DNA of 32,000 bases, taken from NCBI GenBank assembly GCA_016196885.1, contig JACPWU010000002.1:63629-95628 (forward strand). The letters run 5' to 3'. The notes beneath the pieces were generated by a model. It ran no database searches, was not told where the DNA came from, and saw only the letters and a list, made by a program, of their open reading frames with translations. Within the stretch, counting starts at the first letter, position 1. Every line of letters begins with the position of its first letter. The position numbers were made by a program, and so were the translations under genes. Positions 21,681 to 29,305 of the stretch are shown piece after piece. Origin of the DNA: Chlamydiota bacterium (GTDB lineage Bacteria > Auribacterota > JACPWU01).

Positions 21681-24600
21681 ATGAATGAATACAAAAAAGA
21701 AGGTTTCATCGAGAGACTGATCGAATTTTCTGCTCGTAATAAATTTCTTATTCTTGCCCTTATTCTTGCGGCGGCAATCGGGGCGGGTTATACCCTTAAA
21801 AATATTCCTTTGGATGCGATTCCGGATCTTTCGGATACCCAGGTGATTGTTTACTCTCGCTGGGATCAGAGCCCCGATATTATTGAAGATCAAGTGACCT
21901 ATCCCATTGTCACGGCTCTTTTGGGTGCACCCAATGTCAAGGCCATTCGGGGGTTCTCTGATTTTGGATTTTCTTATGTCTATGTGATTTTTAAAGATGG
22001 AACGGATATTTATTGGGCCCGGAGCCGGGTTCTCGAATACTTAAGCAAAATTACTGCGAAACTTCCTGAGGGAGTGAAGACCGAGTTGGGTCCGGATGCG
22101 ACAGGGGTGGGATGGGTGTTTCAATATGCCTTGGTGGATACTTCTGGGAAACACGATCTCCAGGAGTTGAGGTCGTTTCAGGACTGGTATCTTAGGTACC
22201 ATCTTCAAAGTGTGCAGGGAGTTTCTGAAGTGGCGTCCCTGGGGGGATTTGTGAAGCAATATCAGATCACCCTTGATCCCAATAAGCTTTTGGCCTATCA
22301 CATTCCCATTTCGAAGGTCGTGGAGGCCATCCGCAGTGGAAATCAAGAAGTGGGCGGGCGGCTTCTTGAATTTTCCGGGGCAGAGTATATGGTGAGGAGC
22401 CGCGGATATGCGAAGTCTATAGAGGATCTTGAAAAAATTGTAGTGGGGGTTGACTCAAAAGGAACGCCCATTTTGGTGAAGCATGTTGCGAATGTGGCCA
22501 TGGGGCCGGAGATTCGAAGAGGGCTGGCGGATTTAGATGGAGAAGGGGACGTAGTAACGGGGACTGTGATTATGAGGTATGGGGAAAATGCCTTAAGGGT
22601 GATTGATCGGGTGAAGGGAAAATTAAAAGAGATGGAGTCTTCTTTTCCGTCAGGGGTCACCTGGAAAGTGACTTATGACCGTTCAGAGCTGATTAAGAAA
22701 TCCATAGAGACTTTGAAACATCAGTTGATTGAAGAAATGGTCATTGTCAGTTTTGTGATCATGATTTTTTTGTGGCATTTTCCCTCTAGTTTTATTCCGA
22801 TTGTGACAATCCCCGTGGCCGTGTTTCTTTCTTTTATTCCCTTTGTGGGGCTTAAATTAACTTCAAACATTATGTCGCTTTCAGGCATTGCGATTTCAAT
22901 AGGAGTTCTCGTAGATGGGGCGATTGTGGAATTAGAAAATGCCTATAAGCGTTTGGAACAATGGAATGAGGGAGGAAGACAGGGGAGTTTTCATGCCATT
23001 CTTCTCAAGGCGATGAAAGAAGTGGGGCCTTCCGTTTTCTTTTCTCTTTTGGTGATTGCCGTTTCCTTCATGCCCATTTTTACATTGGTCGATCAGGAGG
23101 GGCGTTTGTTCAAGCCCTTGGCCTGGGCAAAAAATTTAGCGATGGTGACGGCTGCGATTTTGGCGGTGACTTTGGATCCTGCCCTCAGAATGCTTTTCAC
23201 GCGAATGGATCCTTTTAAATTTAAACCGCTCTTTATTTCAAAGTTTTTTTCTACACTCTTGGTAGGAAAATATTATTCAGAAGAGAAACATCCGGTGAGC
23301 CGCGTTCTTTTTAAAATTTATGAGCCGGTTTGTCGTTTTGTTTTAAGGCATCGAAAGGCTACGATTCTTGCCGCCACGTTGTGGGTGGCGACGACCGTTC
23401 CCGTTTATTTCAAATTGGGCGCTGAATTTATGCCCCCTCTTTGGGAAGGGGATCTTCTTTACATGCCAACGACATTGCCCGGGATCTCTGTCACGGGGGC
23501 GCAAGACCTTTTACAAAAGCAGGATCAAATTCTTAAGAGTTTTCCGGAAGTCGAGCGGGTGTTTGGAAAATCGGGGCGCATTGAAAGTTCGACGGATCCG
23601 GCCCCCTTTTCCATGGGAGAAACCGTGGTCATGCTGAAGCCAGAAAGGGAGTGGAGAAACGTGAAGCGATGGTATTCGGATATCATCCCAGAATTTTTGC
23701 AAAGGCCTTTTCGTGCCATCTGGCCGGACCGGATTTCGAAGGAAGATTTAATTAATGAAATGGACAAGGCCTTGAAAATTCCTGGAACGACCAACGCATG
23801 GACCATGCCGATCAAAAACAGAATTGATATGTTGAGTACAGGCGTCAGAACTCCTATTGGGATTAAAATTTTGGGGGCTGATATTAAACAGATTGAAGAA
23901 ATCGGGACGAATCTGGAAATGATTTTGAAAGATATTCACGGAACACGCAGTATTTATGCGGAGCGGGTGGCAGGCGGTTATTTCCTGGACTTTGATTTAA
24001 AGCGAGAAGAATTGGCCCGGTACGGTTTGTCTGTCGCAGATGTTCAAATGGTGATGATGTCTGCCATTGGCGGAGAACCCATCACGACGACGGTTGAAGG
24101 GCGAGAACGCTATACGGTGAATGTTCGTTATTCTCGTGAATTGAGGGATGATGTTGAAAAACTGAAACGGGTTTTGATTCCGACCCCTGCGGGGCCCCAA
24201 ATCCCTCTGGCTCAACTTGCAGACATTCACAGAACCTCGGGTCCTGCCATGATTCGAAATGAGAATGGTCTTTTGGCTGGATATGTTTTTGTGGACATGA
24301 CGGCGAGAGACATTGGAGGCTATGTGAGTGAGGCCAAACAAATTGTTTCTCAAAAACTTAAACTTCCTGAAGGGTATGGTCTGATTTGGAGCGGGCAATT
24401 TGAAAACATGTTGCGGGTGAGGAAACGGTTGAAGGTAGTGATTCCCCTGACTCTCTTTATTATTTCTCTTTTGCTTTACATGAATACAAAATCTGCGGTG
24501 AAGACAGGGATTGTTTTGCTCGCAGTCCCTTTTTCATTGATCGGGGCGGTGTGGCTGCTCTGGATTTTAGGATATAATATTTCCATTGCGGTTTGGGTGG

Positions 24601-24974
24601 GGATGATTGCCCTCATGGGACTGGATGCGGAGACGGGCGTTTTCATGCTTCTTTTTTTGGATCTCTCGTATCAGGATGCTTTGGTGCGAGGACAGATGAA
24701 TACAGAAAAGGATTTAGAGGAAGCAGTTGTTCAGGGGGCCGTGAAGCGGGTGCGTCCCAAAATGATGACGGTGATGGCTGCTTTTGTGGGGCTTCTTCCA
24801 ATTATGTGGGCGACGGGAGCAGGCGCCGATGTGATGAAGCGAATCGCGGCTCCGATGGTGGGAGGGCTTGCGACTTCATTTATGCTGGAGCTTTTGGTTT
24901 ATCCAGCGATTTATGCGATGTGGAAATGGCATTTTGAAATGGACATGGGTAAAAATATGACTGCTGAAAAATAA
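21681..24974 (+). CDS. cusA: Heavy-metal RND efflux pump, CusA/HME family
   Basis: About 1097 aa from MNEYKKEGFIERLIEFSARNKFLIL (the track start at 21648 lies inside hairpin H7). 12-TM RND topology with two large periplasmic loops. Strong CusA-like stretches include DAIPDLSDTQVIV, GPDATGVGWVFQYAL and LSGIAISIGVLVDGAIV. Confidence 0.93.
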   Translation: MNEYKKEGFIERLIEFSARNKFLILALILAAAIGAGYTLKNIPLDAIPDLSDTQVIVYSRWDQSPDIIEDQVTYPIVTALLGAPNVKAIRGFSDFGFSYVYVIFKDGTDIYWARSRVLEYLSKITAKLPEGVKTELGPDATGVGWVFQYALVDTSGKHDLQELRSFQDWYLRYHLQSVQGVSEVASLGGFVKQYQITLDPNKLLAYHIPISKVVEAIRSGNQEVGGRLLEFSGAEYMVRSRGYAKSIEDLEKIVVGVDSKGTPILVKHVANVAMGPEIRRGLADLDGEGDVVTGTVIMRYGENALRVIDRVKGKLKEMESSFPSGVTWKVTYDRSELIKKSIETLKHQLIEEMVIVSFVIMIFLWHFPSSFIPIVTIPVAVFLSFIPFVGLKLTSNIMSLSGIAISIGVLVDGAIVELENAYKRLEQWNEGGRQGSFHAILLKAMKEVGPSVFFSLLVIAVSFMPIFTLVDQEGRLFKPLAWAKNLAMVTAAILAVTLDPALRMLFTRMDPFKFKPLFISKFFSTLLVGKYYSEEKHPVSRVLFKIYEPVCRFVLRHRKATILAATLWVATTVPVYFKLGAEFMPPLWEGDLLYMPTTLPGISVTGAQDLLQKQDQILKSFPEVERVFGKSGRIESSTDPAPFSMGETVVMLKPEREWRNVKRWYSDIIPEFLQRPFRAIWPDRISKEDLINEMDKALKIPGTTNAWTMPIKNRIDMLSTGVRTPIGIKILGADIKQIEEIGTNLEMILKDIHGTRSIYAERVAGGYFLDFDLKREELARYGLSVADVQMVMMSAIGGEPITTTVEGRERYTVNVRYSRELRDDVEKLKRVLIPTPAGPQIPLAQLADIHRTSGPAMIRNENGLLAGYVFVDMTARDIGGYVSEAKQIVSQKLKLPEGYGLIWSGQFENMLRVRKRLKVVIPLTLFIISLLLYMNTKSAVKTGIVLLAVPFSLIGAVWLLWILGYNISIAVWVGMIALMGLDAETGVFMLLFLDLSYQDALVRGQMNTEKDLEEAVVQGAVKRVRPKMMTVMAAFVGLLPIMWATGAGADVMKRIAAPMVGGLATSFMLELLVYPAIYAMWKWHFEMDMGKNMTAEK

Positions 24975-25023
24975 TAGTAATTATTGCTTTGTTGGCTTAT
25001 GATGTCTGAAGGAAGGACTGTTT

Positions 25024-25419
25024 ATGAAAGCACTGATGATGGCCTTTTTTTATTTCATGGCTTCCATGACTTGTTCTTGGAGCCTGATGCAGGAATGTTG
25101 TTCCGGGAAAGTCCATCCTCGGGTTTGCGTTGAAAATCATCACTCCCATCGTGCTGATAAAGAAAACTCAAAACATCATAGACATTCACAAACCAACAAG
25201 ACTTGCTGTAGTCAACTGATAACCCCCCTTGTCGATTCTTTCAGACTCTTGCAGAAAAGTTTTTTGACGGATTTTCAAGTGTGGATCAGAAATTTTCATC
25301 AGGGTTGTTTTGAATGGCAAAAATATTTTTCGATTTTTTATCGAGGGCCTCCATTTTCTATTCGTGGAAGGCCTCTTTATATCGTTCTTTTCTTTATCCA
25401 TGCACCTCCCCATCCCTAG
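25024..25419 (+). CDS. Small exported Cys/His-rich protein, paralog of 18196..18591
   Basis: 131 aa. N-terminal hydrophobic segment; CC-x8-C-x25-CC with ENHHSHRADKENSKHHRH; C-terminal GPPFSIRGRPLYIVLFFIHAPP. It has the same length and motif order as the protein at 18196. Confidence 0.55.
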   Translation: MKALMMAFFYFMASMTCSWSLMQECCSGKVHPRVCVENHHSHRADKENSKHHRHSQTNKTCCSQLITPLVDSFRLLQKSFLTDFQVWIRNFHQGCFEWQKYFSIFYRGPPFSIRGRPLYIVLFFIHAPPHP

Positions 25420-25515
25420 GCGATAAGGTGGCGTCTTTTTCTTCTCGTACGCGCAACCTTTCTATGTCTTGTCCCATTCTTATTTTTAAACGCAAATCAA
25501 CTATAAGGAGGAGAT

Positions 25516-25788
25516 ATGAAAAAGTTGTTTGGATTTTTAGGGATTGTTTTTGTGGCTCTGGCCTTTAATGTTTTTGTTCAGGCGCATGAAGGACAGGAAC
25601 ATGGAGGAGGAACACAGACAGAGAGTTCTTCGGTATCTCAGGAAGATAATCAAGAATCAAGCACGGCCAGTGTTACCTACACTTGTCCGATGCATCCTGA
25701 TGTGAGCGAGAAAGAGCCTGGAAAATGTCCTATCTGTGGCATGAATTTGGAGGAGAAAAAGCTTCCATCTGAGGCCAAGAAGGAATAA
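25516..25788 (+). CDS. Secreted stand-alone heavy-metal-binding-domain (HMBD) protein
   Basis: AAGGAGGAG SD, signal peptide ending VQA, a His/Glu-rich HEGQEHGGG stretch, an acidic Ser-rich linker, then YTCPMHPDVSEKEPGKCPICGMNL (25678-25749). Confidence 0.8.
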   Translation: MKKLFGFLGIVFVALAFNVFVQAHEGQEHGGGTQTESSSVSQEDNQESSTASVTYTCPMHPDVSEKEPGKCPICGMNLEEKKLPSEAKKE

Positions 25789-25902
25789 GAAGCAAGAGAA
25801 TCGTCTGTGTAAAAATATGATTTTGCTGAAAACTTATTGAGGCTGTCATCACATTCGCTTCGCTATTTTCAAAGGTCTCAATATCTAACAAAGGAGAGAA
25901 AG

Positions 25903-26271
25903 ATGAAAAAGATCGTGTTTGCAGTTCTTATGTCAGTGATAGGTTTATCAGCTTTTGCCCATGAAGAAGGTGAGGCGAAGGACGATAGCATTAAGGGTGA
26001 AGTGATGGATTTGGCGTGTTACGCGAGTCATCCGGATACAGGCAAAGGCGAAAGTCATGCAAAATGTGCCATGCAATGTATGGAAAAGGGTTTGCCTGTA
26101 GGAGTTCTAACCTCAGATGGAGTTCTTTACATCGCTTTAGGCTCTGAGCATGTCTCTGCCAATAAGAAACTGGTCCCTTATGCCGGAAAAATTGTCACCG
26201 TCGAAGGGCATGTTTATGAGATGAATAACGTCAAGTTCATTGAAGTCGAGGAAGTTGAAGCAGGAGCGTAA
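25903..26271 (+). CDS. Secreted small Cys-containing protein of unknown function
   Basis: Start moved to MKKIVFAVLMSVIGLSAFA (AAGGAGAG SD). The mature part reads HEEGEAKD..DLACYASHPDTGKGESHAKCAMQCMEKGLPVGVL..., followed by a likely beta-rich C-terminus. Confidence 0.65.
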   Translation: MKKIVFAVLMSVIGLSAFAHEEGEAKDDSIKGEVMDLACYASHPDTGKGESHAKCAMQCMEKGLPVGVLTSDGVLYIALGSEHVSANKKLVPYAGKIVTVEGHVYEMNNVKFIEVEEVEAGA

Positions 26272-26283
26272 GAAACCATTTAC

Positions 26284-26315
26284 CGAGGTCCTGTTTTTCT
26301 TGAGACAGGGCCTCG
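26284..26315 (+). terminator. Stem-loop after the small Cys protein
   Basis: CGAGGTCCTGT..ACAGGGCCTCG: an 11-bp stem with one G.T pair and a T-rich loop, 13 nt after the stop. Confidence 0.4.
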
Positions 26316-26350
26316 TGTGAATGATTAAGAAACGTGAAAAGGGGGGAACG

Positions 26351-27817
26351 ATGCAAATTTTTTTTAAGAAGGTAACCCTTTTTATTTTTAATGTGGGAGC
26401 CTTCGTGATCTTAGGGTGTGGGTCCATTCCAAAGAATCAAGATTCTCGTGAAGTGAATCAAGTTTTGGAAGAGCGTCTGGGATATTCTCGGCAGAGTGAT
26501 GAGAAAAAGGCCGAGAATGAAATTGAAAAAAGAGTACAGGTTCTTTTTAATGAAAAATTAACTTCTGACTCAGCTGTTCAAATAGCACTTCTTAAAAATC
26601 CTTCGATTCAATCCGCTTTTGAAGATTTGGGGATTGCTCGAGCGGATTGGGTTCAAGCGGGTTTGCTTAAAAATCCCATTTTTTCAGGGCATGCCCGTTT
26701 TCCTGAGGGAGGAGAGGGGGATACCAATGTCGAATGTGCAATTGGGACGGATCTTTTGGATGTTCTTTTTCTTCCCTTGCGCAAAAAGCTGGCCTCCTCT
26801 CAATTTGAGAAAGTAAAACTTCGTGTAAGTCATGAGATTATGGATGTGATCGCTGACGTAAAAACGCACTTTTATACCCTTCAGTTCACCATGCAAATTT
26901 GGACGATGAGGCAAATGGCTTTGAAGGCTGCCGAAATTTCTATGGAGTTTGCCTCTCGGCAGCATGAGGCTGGGAATATCAGTTCTCTGGACTGGGTGAA
27001 TGAAAAAGTTGTTTATGAGCAAGCAGAGCTAGATCTCATTCATAGCGAGGCAGATGTTGAAGTGGCTCGAGAGAAGTTGATCCCCCTGCTAGGTTTGTCA
27101 GGAAAAGGGGAGATGAGCTTGCAAATAGAAAATCACTTGCCAGAACTTCCATCCAGCGACCCCTCTTTGGAGGAGCTTGAAGAGCGGGCACTTGCGCAGC
27201 GTTTGGATTTAGCTGCTGCAAGGAAGGAAATAGAGATTTTGCACAGATCATTGTCACTCACTCAAGTTGGGGTTATTCCCTCTGTGAATGTTGCGGCCAA
27301 TACAGAAAAGGATTCAGATGGAACACGTGTGACAGGACCGATGTGGGAGTTGGAACTGCCTCTTTTTGATCAGAAGCAACCTGCCATCGCTCGGGTGAAG
27401 AATCAAATACGCAAGAGTCAATATGAACTTGCTGCAAAGGAAAACGAGATCCGTTCAGAGGTGAGAATTTTAAAAGGGAAAATGTTAACCGCGCGAAAAA
27501 TAGTAGAAATCTATCGAGACAAAATGATTCCCCTTCGAGGTCAAGTCATCGTTCTTACACAGCAAAATTACAATTATATGTTGATGGGGGTGTATCAACT
27601 TCTCCAGGCAAAACAAAATGAGATCTCTTCCCAGCGCGAGGGAATAGAGGCGCTCGGAGATTATTGGATTGCCCGGGTAGATTTAGAACAGGCCCTCGGG
27701 GGACGAGTTCCAGAAGCGGTGTCTGAAAAAAACTCAACGGTGTTGCCCATTCAACAAATAGAGGTCGAGCAACCCTTGCAGAGTGAAATGCATCATCACC
27801 ACGGAGGTGAGTCATGA
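26351..27817 (+). CDS. Outer-membrane efflux lipoprotein (NodT/TolC family), second copy, without its own pump
   Basis: Start at MQIFFKK.. (G-rich SD). Lipobox VILGC. Two OEP repeats. C-terminal tail ..SEMHHHHGGES. Its stop overlaps the oxidase start (ATGA). Confidence 0.85.
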   Translation: MQIFFKKVTLFIFNVGAFVILGCGSIPKNQDSREVNQVLEERLGYSRQSDEKKAENEIEKRVQVLFNEKLTSDSAVQIALLKNPSIQSAFEDLGIARADWVQAGLLKNPIFSGHARFPEGGEGDTNVECAIGTDLLDVLFLPLRKKLASSQFEKVKLRVSHEIMDVIADVKTHFYTLQFTMQIWTMRQMALKAAEISMEFASRQHEAGNISSLDWVNEKVVYEQAELDLIHSEADVEVAREKLIPLLGLSGKGEMSLQIENHLPELPSSDPSLEELEERALAQRLDLAAARKEIEILHRSLSLTQVGVIPSVNVAANTEKDSDGTRVTGPMWELELPLFDQKQPAIARVKNQIRKSQYELAAKENEIRSEVRILKGKMLTARKIVEIYRDKMIPLRGQVIVLTQQNYNYMLMGVYQLLQAKQNEISSQREGIEALGDYWIARVDLEQALGGRVPEAVSEKNSTVLPIQQIEVEQPLQSEMHHHHGGES

Positions 27818-29166
27818 AAAGATTTTGGAGAATGTTTTTAGTGGTTCTTATTTTAAGCAATATTCACGGTTTGGTTTATGCACAGAATGATTCAGAAAAA
27901 ACAGAGGAGAGCAACCTTCCTTACACACCCGTGATCACTCCCAATGGCAGCACCTTACCCTGGAAAATGGAAAATGGCGTGAAGGTTTTTCATCTTATTG
28001 CAGAACCGATCAAGCATGAGATTTCACCTGGTATGGTGATCAATGCTTGGGGTTACAATGGTCAAACCCCCGGGCCCACGATTGAAGCGGTGGAAGGGGA
28101 TATTGTGCGCATTCTGGTGACCAATCAATTACCGGAGCCCACAGCGGTTCACTGGCATGGCGTGCTCGTTCCCAACGGTATGGATGGGGTGCAAGGGCTG
28201 ACTCAAAAGCCTATTCTTCCTGGGGAAACGTTCGCGTATGAATTTACACTTCACCAGCATGGGACCCAGATGTACCATTCTCATGGGGATGAGATGACGC
28301 AGATGGGTTTAGGGACGATGGGATTTTTTATCATTCATCCCAAGAAGTCTGAGCACAAGATTGACCGCGATTTTGCTATTTTCCTCAATGAGTGGTTTGT
28401 TGAGCCGGGAACAGCCACTCCTAATCCGAACATCATGACGGATTTCAATATTTTTACCTTTAACTCCAGGGCCTATCCAGGTACAGCACCCTTGGTGGTG
28501 AAAAAGGGGGACCGTGTTCGCATACGCATTGGGAATGTCGGACAAGAATCGCATCCCATTCATTTACACGGCTATAATTTTAAAATGGTGGCAACAGATG
28601 GAGGAGATATCCCTGAGTCTGCTCAATATCCGGAGACGACGGGGGTCATTTTTCCCGGAGAAACACGTGACATTGAATTTGTTGCGGATGTTCCGGGAGA
28701 TTGGGCTCTGCATTGTCATCGTCGGCATCACCCCATGAATGCGATGGGTCACGATACTCCAAATATGATTGGTGTGAATCAGTCTGGCGTGGAAGAAAAA
28801 GTCAGAGATCTTGTTCCAGAGTATATGGCCATGGGAGAAAAGGGAATGCACGAAATGACCGAGATGAACATGCAGGGTCCTGAAAATACGCTTCCCATGA
28901 TGGGGGGCGCTGGCCCCTTTGGCTCTGTCGGGATGGGGGGCATGTTTACGATTCTAAAAGTCCGTGAAAATATAACGACTTATGAAGACCCGGGCTGGTA
29001 TCATCATCCAGAAGGGACGGTTGCTGAATCTATTGATAAGAGTCAGGCGCCGCAAGCTGAGGTTGTTAGCTACACTTGTCCCATGCATCCCGAAATTTAT
29101 CAAGAGAGTCCGGGCTCATGTCCCAAGTGTGGGATGACGCTTCAAGCAGAGTCGGTTTCTAAATAG
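27814..29166 (+). CDS. Two-domain multicopper oxidase with a Met-rich segment and C-terminal HMBD
   Basis: Sec-type signal. HWHG (H113), HSHG (H155), HPIHLHG, and HCHRRHHPMNAM (H300-C301-H302, matching HCH-x3-H-x4-M). Then EYMAMGEKGMHEMTEMNMQGPENTLPMMGG..GMGGMF and YTCPMHPEIYQESPGSCPKCGMTL (29071-29142). Confidence 0.85.
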   Translation: MKRFWRMFLVVLILSNIHGLVYAQNDSEKTEESNLPYTPVITPNGSTLPWKMENGVKVFHLIAEPIKHEISPGMVINAWGYNGQTPGPTIEAVEGDIVRILVTNQLPEPTAVHWHGVLVPNGMDGVQGLTQKPILPGETFAYEFTLHQHGTQMYHSHGDEMTQMGLGTMGFFIIHPKKSEHKIDRDFAIFLNEWFVEPGTATPNPNIMTDFNIFTFNSRAYPGTAPLVVKKGDRVRIRIGNVGQESHPIHLHGYNFKMVATDGGDIPESAQYPETTGVIFPGETRDIEFVADVPGDWALHCHRRHHPMNAMGHDTPNMIGVNQSGVEEKVRDLVPEYMAMGEKGMHEMTEMNMQGPENTLPMMGGAGPFGSVGMGGMFTILKVRENITTYEDPGWYHHPEGTVAESIDKSQAPQAEVVSYTCPMHPEIYQESPGSCPKCGMTLQAESVSK

Positions 29167-29185
29167 AATATTTAAGAAGCTGTGT

Positions 29186-29262
29186 CATAACTCCCCTAAC
29201 CCCTCTTATCTTAAGAGGGGAGTTTCTCTCCCCTTAAGGTAAGGGGAGATGGAGGGGTTATG
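29186..29262. repeat. Twin C/G-run hairpins inside a larger inverted repeat
   Basis: CCCCTCTTA-TCT-TAAGAGGGG (29200-29220) and CTCCCCTTA-AGG-TAAGGGGAG (29228-29248). The outer arms ATAACTCCCCT / GGAGGGGTTAT allow an alternative long stem. Confidence 0.65.
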
Positions 29263-29305
29263 AATGTTTTTTGCGAACATTCTGATCTCAGGAAAAAGGA
29301 GAGTG

